A stretch of DNA of 64,000 nucleotides, taken from Clostridia bacterium. GTDB taxonomy: Bacteria > Bacillota > Clostridia > Oscillospirales > Acutalibacteraceae. Where the stretch lies: positions 38,430 through 102,429 of the forward strand of contig JAFPLH010000028.1 of the NCBI GenBank assembly GCA_017402845.1, in the 5' to 3' direction. Each line of letters starts with the position of its first letter. Position 1 is the first letter of the stretch. The notes beneath the pieces were generated by a model. That model was not told the origin of the DNA and searched no databases. It was given only the letters and a program-made list of their open reading frames with translations. Made by a program: the position numbers and the translations under genes. This document shows positions 8,632 to 18,398 of the stretch, piece after piece.

Positions 8632-9789
8632 TTACGGCTCGTAATAGCTGTAAACCGCTTTCTTTGTAACAGGAACTTTATCGGCAGAATCACTAAGCTT
8701 TACAGCGCCGCTGCCCAGATCATTCAAAAGCTGTTCGGCAGCTTCTTTATCAACAGAAGTAAATTTCCAGTCATTTTCCTCTGTGAGTACATCAATACAG
8801 CTATCCTGCGCACCAAGTCTGATATTCGTATTGCCCTCAGAGACAGACCATTTAAGCGAATCATCAAAACACGTTTTTATTATGCGGTCTACTGCCTCTA
8901 CGTTATCAAAGCATACAGAAGTAAGCGAGGTATCGTATTTATCATAAACCGCACCGCCGCAGATCATTTTTGCTCCTGCATTCTTTGCGGACACATCAAC
9001 TGCCTTTGCAATATCGGGATCACAAACAAAAATTGCTTCTATACCTCTTTTATATAATCTGTCGGCTACGTTCTGAGCAATAGCAATATTATCAACTTCA
9101 TCAGAGGTTTCCGTCTGTTCGTTATTTTGTGTTTTTTTCGGTAAGAATGAATATTTTATTGTAACATCATTCACATGAAAGGCTTCGCAGGCTGCGTCTG
9201 CACCTGTAATAAAGCCGTTTGCATAAAGCTTATTTGCGCTGTCATCTGAATTTCCGATAAAGCCTAACATAGTATAGCCTTCTGAAATCGCAAGGTAGCC
9301 TGCAATATAGCCTGCCTGTTCTTCTTTATACGAGATACAGTGTACATTGTCTTTAAGCTTACTATCGGGATAAGTATTTACCAGAATAAAGCTTATCTCA
9401 GGATAATCTGCCTGAACGCTCATTACGGTTCTTTTATACTCCGCACCGGGCAGAACAATTATTTTTGCTTTATTGTCGATTGCCTGTATAACGGCTTTTT
9501 CTGCATCGTTTTCTATATTTTCGGCTGTATAATACTTATATGTCTTAGTGTGTGTATCTCCGTAAGACACAATTGATCTCCAAACGGTAGCTGTGTTGCT
9601 GTCTTTTATTCCCAAAGAATCTGTTATCAGTGCGATATCATATCTTTTAGTTGTATGACTTACAACAGACGCTGTTGAAGCAGACGCTTCAAGCTCGGTT
9701 TCATCTATACCAAAATACTTATCGAAAACACATCCGCAAAGTGATACCGATACAGCCGCAGCCGTTATCAGGAAAACTATTTTTTTCAT
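8632..9789 (-). CDS. BMP-family (PnrA/Med-like) nucleoside-binding lipoprotein
   Basis: Lipoprotein signal MKKIVFLITAAAVSVSLCGC with a BMP-like fold pattern, adjacent to pdp. The start was chosen at MKK after an AAGGAG RBS. The ORF track start at 9816 is a TTG that overlaps the RBS. Confidence 0.8.
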   Translation of the reverse strand: MKKIVFLITAAAVSVSLCGCVFDKYFGIDETELEASASTASVVSHTTKRYDIALITDSLGIKDSNTATVWRSIVSYGDTHTKTYKYYTAENIENDAEKAVIQAIDNKAKIIVLPGAEYKRTVMSVQADYPEISFILVNTYPDSKLKDNVHCISYKEEQAGYIAGYLAISEGYTMLGFIGNSDDSANKLYANGFITGADAACEAFHVNDVTIKYSFLPKKTQNNEQTETSDEVDNIAIAQNVADRLYKRGIEAIFVCDPDIAKAVDVSAKNAGAKMICGGAVYDKYDTSLTSVCFDNVEAVDRIIKTCFDDSLKWSVSEGNTNIRLGAQDSCIDVLTEENDWKFTSVDKEAAEQLLNDLGSGAVKLSDSADKVPVTKKAVYSYYEP

Positions 9790-9899
9790 GATATATCTCC
9801 TTACTGCTTTGAGCAATTTTTGCTAACTTTATTATATCAACACTAAAAACAAAACGCAACCTTTGATAAAAAGTATTTATGATTACTTTTTATAAACAG

Positions 9900-9928
9900 T
9901 TGAAAAATTTCCCATATCAGTGTATAAT
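9900..9928 (+). promoter_or_regulatory. sigma-A type promoter (TTGAAA-N17-TATAAT)
   Basis: Exact spacing and a perfect -10 box, 77 nt upstream of the sugar transferase ATG. Confidence 0.6.
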
Positions 9929-9940
9929 ATTATGGAGCGG

Positions 9941-9975
9941 CTTAAGGCAGCACCGCATTTTACGGTGTGCCTTAA
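9941..9975 (+). promoter_or_regulatory. strong leader hairpin in the 5' UTR of the sugar transferase gene
   Basis: CTTAAGGCAGCACCG-cattttа-like loop-CGGTGTGCCTTAA forms a 13-bp stem with one bulge. It lies between the promoter and the GGAGG RBS and has no good U-tract. Confidence 0.45.
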
Positions 9976-10004
9976 TTCTCATTATAGTATTTCTGGAGGT
10001 TTGT

Positions 10005-10688
10005 ATGTTACTGCCCCGCTATTCAGAGCTTCCCGCACAAATGCAAAACGATGATGTTTTGAAATACTACAATATTCTTTCAAAAAGAACAGGCAGCCTG
10101 ATTTTGAAAAGAATATTTGATATTATTTGTGCTGTTGTACTTATCATTATTCTTGCAATACCTATGATCGTTGTAGCTATCTGCGTAAAGGCTGATTCTG
10201 AGGGACCGGTCTTTTTCAGACAAAGACGTGTAACTGCCGGCGGAAAGGTTTTTAGCATTTTTAAATTCAGAACAATGTATATTAACGATAATTCAAAAAA
10301 TGCTCAGGTAACTGCCGGAACAGACAGCCGTATTACAAAAACAGGACGTACTCTCAGAAAGCTCAAGCTTGACGAAATACCGCAGCTTTTCAACGTTATT
10401 ACCGGTGATATGAGTTTTGTCGGCACAAGACCTGAGGTTGAACGCTATGTTGAAAAGTATTCTCCCGAAATGTATGCTACTTTGCTTATGCCGGCGGGTA
10501 TTACTTCTATGACAAGCGTTAAGTACCGCAACGAAGAAGAAATTCTCGAAAATGCTGATGATGTCGAAAAAGCGTATATCGAGCAAGTTCTTCCCGATAA
10601 AATGAAATACAACCTGGAGTACATAGAAAAATTCAATTTCTTTTACGATATATATATAATGCTTCTTACTGTTGTTAAAGTTTTTTAA
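10005..10688 (+). CDS. polyprenyl-phosphate sugar phosphotransferase (bacterial sugar transferase, WbaP/EpsL-like)
   Basis: One TM segment followed by GPVFFRQRRVT, FKFRTM and PQLFNVITGDMSFVGTRP motifs. The start was set at MLLPRY after a GGAGG RBS. Confidence 0.9.
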   Translation: MLLPRYSELPAQMQNDDVLKYYNILSKRTGSLILKRIFDIICAVVLIIILAIPMIVVAICVKADSEGPVFFRQRRVTAGGKVFSIFKFRTMYINDNSKNAQVTAGTDSRITKTGRTLRKLKLDEIPQLFNVITGDMSFVGTRPEVERYVEKYSPEMYATLLMPAGITSMTSVKYRNEEEILENADDVEKAYIEQVLPDKMKYNLEYIEKFNFFYDIYIMLLTVVKVF

Positions 10689-10723
10689 TAACAGTGACCG
10701 TGCATTGAAAAGGCGGTGATACA

Positions 10724-12190
10724 GTGAAGCCTAACAACAAGCTTCATATCGCTAAAAATACTCTTTCTCTATTCAGGATAGGATATATTACAGATCTGTT
10801 CTTATGCTCTGTGGGTTATGTAAATATAGCAGCCGAGGTGGGAAAGGTGATCTTTCTGCTGTGGGCGCTTTCGCTTATATTCAGCGACTATATAGCAGCA
10901 CTCAGAATAAAAAAGATCTCTTATTTCGGGTGGCTTGTACTCTTTATTATTTCAAACATTGTCACGGTTCTTTTACAGGGCTACAATGACGGAGTCTGGG
11001 AAAGTACACTTATGCTCGTACATCTGCCCGTAATTTTCTTTATTTTTTACGGACTCCACAGCGAATGTGACTCAGAAGATAATACAAAAACAATATTGTA
11101 TGAGTTTTATACAATTTGCAATATTTTCATGTATTTGTCGCTTGTGCTCAACATTATCAGCATTTTTTCGCTGTATATTGTCGGCAAGAGCGTTACTTAC
11201 TCTTTCGGATATCTCGTCGTTTATGAAAACAGATTTACAGGCGTATACTTCAATCCTAATTTAATGGCGTTTTCGTCATTTTGTGCTGCTGTCTGCTGTC
11301 ATATTCTTCTTCAAAAGAAGTTTGTACTCACTACAACCGGCAAGGCTGCAGCTCGTGCTAAAATAATTACAACTTATGTTTCGCTTATTCTGAATTTAGC
11401 CGTTATTTTCCTTACTGATTCAAATGCAACTGCGGTTATAATCATTTGCTATGTATTTACTTTTTTATGCTATCGCATTTTTGGCGGCAGGTATATTAAT
11501 GCTGCTTTTTTAGTAAAAAGAATTATACTATTGGCTGCTGCACTTGCTTTTTTATCTGTAGGCGTTTTTGTTTCACGAACACTGTTTCAAACGGGCGCAA
11601 CTCATACTATGAATGATCCCTCGTCTTCTGCAAATACTTTTTACGACAGCGACGACGAACTCAACGAGATAACATTTGAACATCAGAACAAAAACCTTGA
11701 CAGCGGAAGAATAAAGCTGTTTAAGCAGGGAATAAATGTTTTTAAGCATCACCCTGTTATGGGAGTAGGAAAAGGCAATATACAAAAATACGGAAACAGA
11801 TACAACAACAATAAAATGAAATACAGTGATTTTCATAACGGATATCTGACAATTTTAGTATGCTCAGGCTTGATAGGCTTTCTGCTTTTTGCAGGCTTTG
11901 CGGTCTGTTTATCGTACCGTATGATAAAATGTCTTTTTTCTGTTAAACCCGTTATTAAAGATGACGCTTTCCCCTGTATCGTTTCATTTATTGCGGCGTA
12001 CTGTATATACACATTATTTGAAAAGGCTATGGTCTTTGAGGTATCGTTCATGGTAACCATATTCTGGTTATTTTTGGGATATGCCTGCACATATATGCGA
12101 TCAAACGAAGGCAGCAACTACTGCGTTTATGCTTTCTCGTCAAGATTTGAAAAAAAGTCTGTGGACGACAAAGGTAATAATACAAAATAA
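10724..12190 (+). CDS. O-antigen ligase/polymerase family membrane protein (Wzy_C domain)
   Basis: 488-aa polytopic ORF with an extracytoplasmic loop followed by the HNGYLTILVCSGLIGFLLF motif. Confidence 0.75.
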   Translation: MKPNNKLHIAKNTLSLFRIGYITDLFLCSVGYVNIAAEVGKVIFLLWALSLIFSDYIAALRIKKISYFGWLVLFIISNIVTVLLQGYNDGVWESTLMLVHLPVIFFIFYGLHSECDSEDNTKTILYEFYTICNIFMYLSLVLNIISIFSLYIVGKSVTYSFGYLVVYENRFTGVYFNPNLMAFSSFCAAVCCHILLQKKFVLTTTGKAAARAKIITTYVSLILNLAVIFLTDSNATAVIIICYVFTFLCYRIFGGRYINAAFLVKRIILLAAALAFLSVGVFVSRTLFQTGATHTMNDPSSSANTFYDSDDELNEITFEHQNKNLDSGRIKLFKQGINVFKHHPVMGVGKGNIQKYGNRYNNNKMKYSDFHNGYLTILVCSGLIGFLLFAGFAVCLSYRMIKCLFSVKPVIKDDAFPCIVSFIAAYCIYTLFEKAMVFEVSFMVTIFWLFLGYACTYMRSNEGSNYCVYAFSSRFEKKSVDDKGNNTK

Positions 12191-12207
12191 TAAAGGAGAG
12201 AAAACAC

Positions 12208-12693
12208 ATGAAAAATCGTTTGTTGGAATTACTTCAGGAGAACTGCAAATACACAGAGCAGGAGCTTGCTATTCTGCTTAATACAACTCCCGATGAAGTA
12301 AAAAGACAGATCGCTTATTACGAGGAGCTCGGAGTAATTTGCGGTTATAAGGCTCTTATCAACTGGGAGAAGGTTCCCGGTTCAGATGTAAGAGCTTTGA
12401 TCGAATTAAAGGTAACGCCAAAGCGTGACAAGGGCTTTGACGAAATAGCACAGCGTGTGATGTCATTTAAAGAGGTTGAGGGTGTATATCTCATGGCAGG
12501 CGATTACGACTTAGCTGTTTTTGTAAACGGTCATACAATTCAGGATATTGCTATGTTCGTTGCAAAAAGACTTTCTCCGCTTGAGTCTGTGCTTTCTGCC
12601 AGCACACACTTTATACTTACAAAGTATAAGTCTAACATGGTAGATATGCAAAACCTTACTTCCAATAATGACGAAAGGGAATGTGTGGTATAA
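12208..12693 (+). CDS. Lrp/AsnC family transcriptional regulator
   Basis: 161-aa ORF with an N-terminal HTH and a C-terminal RAM-like domain. AAGGAG RBS. Its stop overlaps the start of the next gene (TAATG). Confidence 0.85.
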   Translation: MKNRLLELLQENCKYTEQELAILLNTTPDEVKRQIAYYEELGVICGYKALINWEKVPGSDVRALIELKVTPKRDKGFDEIAQRVMSFKEVEGVYLMAGDYDLAVFVNGHTIQDIAMFVAKRLSPLESVLSASTHFILTKYKSNMVDMQNLTSNNDERECVV

Positions 12694-13871
12694 TGGATTA
12701 CGATCGTTTTTTAAACAGCAGAATTAAGAATTCAAAGCCTTCGGGAATAAGAAAATTTTTCGATATCGCAAATGAGATGGATAACGTGATCTCTTTGAGT
12801 ATCGGAGAACCCGATTTCAAAACCCCGTGGCATATTAGACAAAAAGGTATAGATTCTCTTGAAAAGGGTAAAACCTGGTATACGCCTAACAGAGGTCTGG
12901 CTCAGCTTCGTGAGGAGATATGCAAATACTTTGAAAGAAGATTTGATGTTACATACTCCCCCGAAACAGACGTTCTTGTTACCGTGGGCGGCTCTGAAGC
13001 CATTGACGGCGCTTTGCGCTGCATTGCAGAAGAAGGCGATGAAATACTCATTCCGCAGCCGTCGTTTGTTTGTTATGAACCATTGACATCAATGGCAGGC
13101 GCAACACCTGTTATCATAGAAACAAAGGCTGAAAATGAGTTCAGACTTACTCCGCAGGAGCTCGAAGAAAAAATCACTGACAAAACAAAGATGCTTATAC
13201 TCCCCTTTCCGAACAATCCGACGGGCGGATCAATGAGCAAAGAGGATTACGAGGCAATTGCTCCTGTTATAGAAAAGCACAATCTGCTTGTACTCTCTGA
13301 TGAAATATATGCAGAGTTATCTTATGGCTCAAAGCCTGTGTCTTTTGCTTCTATCAAGGGTATGAAAGAGCGTACAATCGTTATCAGCGGATTTTCAAAG
13401 TCTTACGCAATGACGGGCTGGCGTTTGGGTTATGCTCTCGGACCTAAAGAGATCATAGCACAAATGACAAAGCTTCATCAGTATGCTATTATGAGCGCAC
13501 CTACAACAGCGCAGTATGCAGCTATTGAGGCTCTCAAAAACGGTGACAGTGACATTGAAGAAATGCGTGAACAATATGATATGCGCCGCAGACTTATTGT
13601 TGACTCCTTTAACGCAATGGGACTTTCCTGCTTTGAGCCTAAGGGTGCTTTTTACGTATTCCCCTGTATAAAATCAACAGGTCTTTCCTCTGAGGATTTT
13701 GCTTCAAAGCTTTTACTTTCTAAAAGAGTTGCAGTAGTACCGGGAAATGCTTTCGGTGACTGCGGTGAGGGTTTTGTAAGAGTATCTTACTCCTACTCAC
13801 TTTCGCACATAAAAGAGGCTTTAAAGCGTATCAAGGAATTTATTTCGGAATTGGAAAACGAGAAGAAATAA
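12693..13871 (+). CDS. class I/II pyridoxal-phosphate aminotransferase (aspartate/aromatic type)
   Basis: Contains NPTG, SGFSKSYAMTGWRLGY (PLP lysine) and RVSY motifs. It is translationally coupled to the Lrp gene. Confidence 0.9.
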   Translation: MDYDRFLNSRIKNSKPSGIRKFFDIANEMDNVISLSIGEPDFKTPWHIRQKGIDSLEKGKTWYTPNRGLAQLREEICKYFERRFDVTYSPETDVLVTVGGSEAIDGALRCIAEEGDEILIPQPSFVCYEPLTSMAGATPVIIETKAENEFRLTPQELEEKITDKTKMLILPFPNNPTGGSMSKEDYEAIAPVIEKHNLLVLSDEIYAELSYGSKPVSFASIKGMKERTIVISGFSKSYAMTGWRLGYALGPKEIIAQMTKLHQYAIMSAPTTAQYAAIEALKNGDSDIEEMREQYDMRRRLIVDSFNAMGLSCFEPKGAFYVFPCIKSTGLSSEDFASKLLLSKRVAVVPGNAFGDCGEGFVRVSYSYSLSHIKEALKRIKEFISELENEKK

Positions 13872-13890
13872 TAGTATGTATTTATAAAAA

Positions 13891-13934
13891 TTGCCCCGGC
13901 AGATTCTTATTTATCTGTCGGGGCAATTTGTTTT
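13891..13934 (+). terminator. Rho-independent terminator after the aminotransferase
   Basis: TTGCCCCGGCAGAT...ATCTGTCGGGGCAA stem followed by TTTGTTTT. Confidence 0.75.
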
Positions 13935-13988
13935 CTGTTCTGTATTTGCAGTTCAGGTTTTTTGAACGAGTAAAGAAACTATTAATGT

Positions 13989-14103
13989 TAAGGGACGCTT
14001 TCTGCCAAAGCGTCCCCTCTTTCAACACAGTCCTATGGACTGTGTTGAAATTCACCCATTGCAAAGGGCTGGAGCATGCCTCCGGCGGCTAAGGTGAGCT
14101 GCT
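13989..14103 (+). repeat. multi-hairpin intergenic repeat, family 3, left-truncated copy
   Basis: Collinear with 37305-37416. It has perfect hairpins GGGACGCTTT-ctgcc-AAAGCGTCCC and TTTCAACACAGTCC-tat-GGACTGTGTTGAAA, then TTCACCC..GGGCT and GCCTCCGGCGGCTAAGG. Confidence 0.75.
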
Positions 14104-14173
14104 CCTTAGAACCCCGCAATCTTTTTTGAAAAAAAAGTTTGACAAAAAACTTTAATTTTCATAATTTCTTTAC

Positions 14174-14536
14174 TCATTCATAAGCCGTGATTTGCAGTTC
14201 TATCCAATACATAAGCAGATTTACAATTTTCTTTTGCTGTTCGCTTGTAAGCTGCGTATTTTCGGGAACTTTGTACCACTTATTAAGGCACCCGCGACAA
14301 CAACAAGCACAGGCATGCTGAGCGATAAAAACGGGGTGTCCTTTCATTGGCGTTTGCTTTCCGTCATTTGGTATATAGGCAGGAGCAAGACGAGTTTTTA
14401 CAAAATCCTCTGCGTGACTGCGTATAGTATCAATGCCCTTTTTTTCTATATACTCAATGTCCGTATCACGCAGCTTAAAGCGTGACCGAAAGCTTGATTT
14501 TTGAAGCTTGTCAACTGCCTGTTCAAGAGTCTGCAT
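14174..14536 (-). CDS. DUF4186 domain protein
   Basis: 120-aa ORF with HPVFIAQHACACCCRGCLNKWY, characteristic of DUF4186. It overlaps the tcdA stop by 14 nt. Confidence 0.75.
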   Translation of the reverse strand: MQTLEQAVDKLQKSSFRSRFKLRDTDIEYIEKKGIDTIRSHAEDFVKTRLAPAYIPNDGKQTPMKGHPVFIAQHACACCCRGCLNKWYKVPENTQLTSEQQKKIVNLLMYWIELQITAYE

Positions 14537-15299
14537 TTTCGTTTGCTCCCTTTTCTGCTAAGGTCTTTATAACCTCTCCGGCAATTATCAGCCCTGCAAC
14601 AGACGGTACAAACGCACAACTGCCGGGTGCTTGCTTTACATACGTTCCATTTTTCGCCCTGTCATTTGGTAAAGTATCGTCGCTTGAATTCACCTTTTTT
14701 TCAGGCGTTATCGGTTTTTCTTTGGAATAAACAACCTTCAGCTTTTTTATACCTCTCTTTTTCAGCTCGCTTCTCATTACTCTTGCAAGAGGACAAACTG
14801 ATGTTTTGTAGATATCTTCAACCTCAAACATTGTCGGATCCAGCTTGTTTCCTGCGCCCATTGACGAAATTACAGGAGTACCAACACTGTTACACTTCGT
14901 TATGATCTCGATTTTTCCCGATACAGAATCAATTGCGTCAACCACATAGTCATACGAGGAAAAATCAAATCTGCAAGACGTTTCAGCATTAAAAAAGATC
15001 TTATGATTATTTACTTTGATATTGGAGTTAATATCCTTTAGCCGCTTTTCCATAACATCTGTTTTATACTGCCCTACTGTGCTGTGAAGTGCGATTATCT
15101 GTCTGTTTATGTTTGAAAGTGCAACTCTATCGTCGTCAATGAGGTCTATCTCACCTATTCCGCTGCGTGCAAGTGCCTCTGCTGTATAACCGCCTACACC
15201 GCCTATGCCGAATACCGCTACTTTGCAGCGGCTAAGATATTCTAAAGCAGCTTCGCCTAACAAAAGCTGTGTTCTTCCAAATTGTTCGTTCATGTTCAT
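14523..15299 (-). CDS. tcdA: tRNA threonylcarbamoyladenosine dehydratase (ThiF/E1-like)
   Basis: Contains VAVFGIGGVGGYTAEALARSGIG, DDDRVALSNINRQ and the rest of the TcdA/CsdL pattern. Confidence 0.85.
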   Translation of the reverse strand: MNMNEQFGRTQLLLGEAALEYLSRCKVAVFGIGGVGGYTAEALARSGIGEIDLIDDDRVALSNINRQIIALHSTVGQYKTDVMEKRLKDINSNIKVNNHKIFFNAETSCRFDFSSYDYVVDAIDSVSGKIEIITKCNSVGTPVISSMGAGNKLDPTMFEVEDIYKTSVCPLARVMRSELKKRGIKKLKVVYSKEKPITPEKKVNSSDDTLPNDRAKNGTYVKQAPGSCAFVPSVAGLIIAGEVIKTLAEKGANENADS

Positions 15300-15342
15300 A
15301 TCACCATTATTTGCACATATATTTTAACAAGGAGTGATAAGC

Positions 15343-15603
15343 ATGAACTTAATTTCACTGTTGTGTATGATATGTGCCGTTACCTTGTTTTATTCTTTAA
15401 TAAATGCTTTTTCGGGAATAAAGTCACCTGTCAAGGCAAGCATACAAAGTACCTTTCTTGGGTTGGCAAGCTTGATACTTATTAATGTTTTTTCACCGCT
15501 GACAAGTGTTTTTATTCCCGTAAGCGTACTTTCTGTATCTGCCGCTGTCGTAGGCTCAGTACCCGGAGTTATTCTTATAGCGCTTCTAAATACCTTTTTT
15601 TGA
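15343..15603 (+). CDS. bofA: pro-sigmaK processing inhibitor BofA
   Basis: ~86-aa two-TM protein. The C-terminal half aligns by eye with B. subtilis BofA (..INVF....IPV..L....A.VG.PGV..IALL..F). AAGGAG RBS 8 nt before the ATG. Confidence 0.7.
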   Translation: MNLISLLCMICAVTLFYSLINAFSGIKSPVKASIQSTFLGLASLILINVFSPLTSVFIPVSVLSVSAAVVGSVPGVILIALLNTFF

Positions 15604-16203
15604 CTTTCTGATATCTTCAAGCGTTTGCTCGGCAAAATCAGAATTATGAGTTATGGTAGCGATCATCATTTTATATATCATTTCGGCATTGGTTTGAAAA
15701 TTCTTCTTTACAAGTTTTGCCTGCTTTGAATCCGGCACATAAAGCTGAAAACTAAACAGATCTATATCTTCGTCGGTAACACGACATTTTACCATATAGC
15801 CGTTTTTTATCTTTTTTATCTCCGCTATATTCTCAGCTTCGTTTTTCTCCTGCATGATAAGCTCAAGCACTGTTGAAACTGCACGTTCTCTTATTGTAAG
15901 CGGTAACTCGTCACTCAGATTTGCTGCGATCAGCTTTCCGCTTTTAGACAAAACATAAAGCTCGTTTTCTTCGTCGGCAGCTATAATGTTTTTCTTATGC
16001 ACAAGATCGTTAAATGCGTCAAGTATCTCAAAGTAATTTGCAATAGCGTTTTTCTGCATTGAAGCTACCACATAGTCCTTTTTTACAGGCTTATTAACGC
16101 AGTCTATTATATAACAGATCAATAGTCTTACATTACTTCTTCTTCTCAGTCCGCCCGGCTCAATGCCTGCGTCAATAGCGTCGTATTCGTTTTCAAACTC
16201 CAT
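15586..16203 (-). CDS. DUF4364 family protein
   Basis: 205-aa ORF. The N-terminal AGIEPGGLRRRSNVRLLICYII segment is typical of DUF4364. Its 3' end overlaps bofA convergently by 18 nt. Confidence 0.65.
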   Translation of the reverse strand: MEFENEYDAIDAGIEPGGLRRRSNVRLLICYIIDCVNKPVKKDYVVASMQKNAIANYFEILDAFNDLVHKKNIIAADEENELYVLSKSGKLIAANLSDELPLTIRERAVSTVLELIMQEKNEAENIAEIKKIKNGYMVKCRVTDEDIDLFSFQLYVPDSKQAKLVKKNFQTNAEMIYKMMIATITHNSDFAEQTLEDIRKSKKGI

Positions 16204-16242
16204 ATTATCACCACCACTAAATAATTATTCGTCAATTACAGA

Positions 16243-18387
16243 TCAGCCTTTCATAGTAAGGCTGATTCTCTTTTTCTTTACATCTACATCAAGTATTTTC
16301 ACCTTTACGATATCTCCGACTTTTAGAACCTCGCTTGGGTGCTTGATGTATTTATTGCATATCTGCGAGATATGGAGAAGTCCGTCTTGATGTACTCCGA
16401 TATCAACAAATGCACCGAAATCTATTACATTTCTGACAGTACCCTGAATCTCCATTCCTGCTTGAAGATCGGAAATATCAAGCAGGTCGCTTCTCAGCAT
16501 TGGCGCAGGCAGTTCATCTCTCGGATCTCTGCCTGGCTTTGAAAGCTCTTTTGCTATATCGATCACTGTTGGCATGCCTAAACCTAATTGCTTGGATATG
16601 TCGATTACACTCTGCTTACCAAGCCTTACCATTACATCAGAAAAATTTCCGGCTTTCATTTCGGTATCGGTATAACCCAAAAGCTTCAAAAACTCCTTTG
16701 CGGGCTTATAGCTTTCGGGGTGTATGCCGGTATTATCGAAAGGCTCTGCACTTTCAGACACTCTCAAAAATCCTGCGCACTGCTCAAATGCTTTCGGTCC
16801 GAGCTTAGGTACTTTTTTAAGCTCGGCTCTTGATCTGAACGCACCGTTTTCTTCTCTGTATGCAACAATATTCTTGCAAACCGTGCTGTTAAGTCCTGCT
16901 ATACGTGAAAGCAAAGCAGGTGACGCTGTATTAAGGTCTGCTCCGACAGAGTTTACGCAGTCTTCAACTACGCCGTCAAGTGCGTCACTTAGTCTTTTTT
17001 GCGGCATATCGTGCTGATATTGTCCCACACCTATTGCCTTAGGCTCTATCTTCACAAGCTCTGCAAGGGGATCCTGCAAACGTCTTGCAATCGAAACTGC
17101 ACTTCGCAAAGTCAAGTCTAAATCGGGCAATTCCTCTGCTGCAAGCTTTGAAGCTGAGTATACTGACGCTCCTGCCTCGCTTACTACCATATACATTACT
17201 TTGCGTGAACATTTCTTTATAGCTTCGGCAGCAAAGGTTTCTGTTTCTTTTGTTGCCGTTCCGTTTCCTATTGAAATAATATCTACCTTATATTTGTCGA
17301 TAAGTGAAAGAAGTCTTTTCTCTGCACGCTCTGCATGCTCAGGTGAAAAAGTAATATTTAATACATCAGTTGCAAGCACCTTACCGGTGCCGTCTACAAC
17401 GGCAGTTTTGCAGCCTGTTCTGTAACCCGGATCAAGTCCTAAAACTACCTTTCCTTTGACCGGCGGCTGCATAAGGAGCTGCTTTAAATTCGATGCAAAA
17501 ACCTTTATTGACTCCTCGTTTGCTCTGTCTGTAAGATCGCTTCTTATTTCACGTTCGATAGACGGCATTATAAGTCTTGTATATGAGTCGTCACAAGCTG
17601 CCCTTACTATATCGGTACATCTGCCTTTACCGTGCAAAAGCTCTTTGTGAATATCTCTTAATGTGGCTTCATCGTCATTTTCCAGAACAGCCTTTAATAT
17701 TCCTTCTTTCTCGCCTCTGTTTACGGCAAGTATTCTGTGATTAGGAATCTTGTTTGCAGCTTCGGCAAAATCGTAATACTTTGTATATACACTCTCTGCC
17801 TCGCTGTCAACCGCTTTTACTTTGATTATACCCTTTTTTGAGGCAGACGCTCTGACCATACTGCGAATCTTTGCGTCATCTGAGATCTGTTCTGCAATAA
17901 TATCAGACGCACCTGCAAGAGCCTGCTCTATATCTTCTACGCCGAGTTCGGTATTTATATATTCGGCAGCAGCTTCTTCGGGAGATACATCATTACGCTG
18001 TTTCATAATAAGCACTGCCAGAGGCTCAAGACCTTTTTCTTTTGCAACAGAAGCACGAGTTCTTCTCTTTGGCTTGAACGGACGGTAAATATCTTCAAGT
18101 GCGCTTAATGTTTCTGCTTTGTTTATCGCTTGCGATATTTCATCTGTAAGCTTTTCCTGAGCTTCGATAAGCGAACGTATCTCCTCTCTGCGCTTGTCAA
18201 GACTGCGGTAATACTCAAGCTTATCTGCAAATTCTCTGATAAGCTGGTCATTCATTGAGCCGTGCATTTCTTTTCTGTAACGAGCGATAAACGGAATAGT
18301 GTTGCCGTCATCTAAAAGAGAAATAATATTTGCTGCATATTCCTCTAAAATGTTCATTTCTTTTGATAGTATCTTTGCATATTCCAT
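16243..18387 (-). CDS. tex: Tex family transcription accessory protein (YqgF, HhH and S1 domains)
   Basis: 714 aa. N-terminal TIPFIARYRKE, a central RuvC/YqgF-like GLDPGYRTGCK, and a C-terminal S1 domain (GTVRNVIDFGAFVDIG). Confidence 0.95.
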   Translation of the reverse strand: MEYAKILSKEMNILEEYAANIISLLDDGNTIPFIARYRKEMHGSMNDQLIREFADKLEYYRSLDKRREEIRSLIEAQEKLTDEISQAINKAETLSALEDIYRPFKPKRRTRASVAKEKGLEPLAVLIMKQRNDVSPEEAAAEYINTELGVEDIEQALAGASDIIAEQISDDAKIRSMVRASASKKGIIKVKAVDSEAESVYTKYYDFAEAANKIPNHRILAVNRGEKEGILKAVLENDDEATLRDIHKELLHGKGRCTDIVRAACDDSYTRLIMPSIEREIRSDLTDRANEESIKVFASNLKQLLMQPPVKGKVVLGLDPGYRTGCKTAVVDGTGKVLATDVLNITFSPEHAERAEKRLLSLIDKYKVDIISIGNGTATKETETFAAEAIKKCSRKVMYMVVSEAGASVYSASKLAAEELPDLDLTLRSAVSIARRLQDPLAELVKIEPKAIGVGQYQHDMPQKRLSDALDGVVEDCVNSVGADLNTASPALLSRIAGLNSTVCKNIVAYREENGAFRSRAELKKVPKLGPKAFEQCAGFLRVSESAEPFDNTGIHPESYKPAKEFLKLLGYTDTEMKAGNFSDVMVRLGKQSVIDISKQLGLGMPTVIDIAKELSKPGRDPRDELPAPMLRSDLLDISDLQAGMEIQGTVRNVIDFGAFVDIGVHQDGLLHISQICNKYIKHPSEVLKVGDIVKVKILDVDVKKKRISLTMKG

Positions 18388-18398
18388 AACAGAACCTC

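Noticed and set aside
13882-14064. 60-aa ORF 13882..14064 (-) and 67-aa ORF 37338..37541 (-) in intergenic repeats
   Set aside because: Both lie entirely within family-3 hairpin repeats, and their reading frames are created by palindromic sequence. I saw no RBS and no conservation of frame between the two copies.
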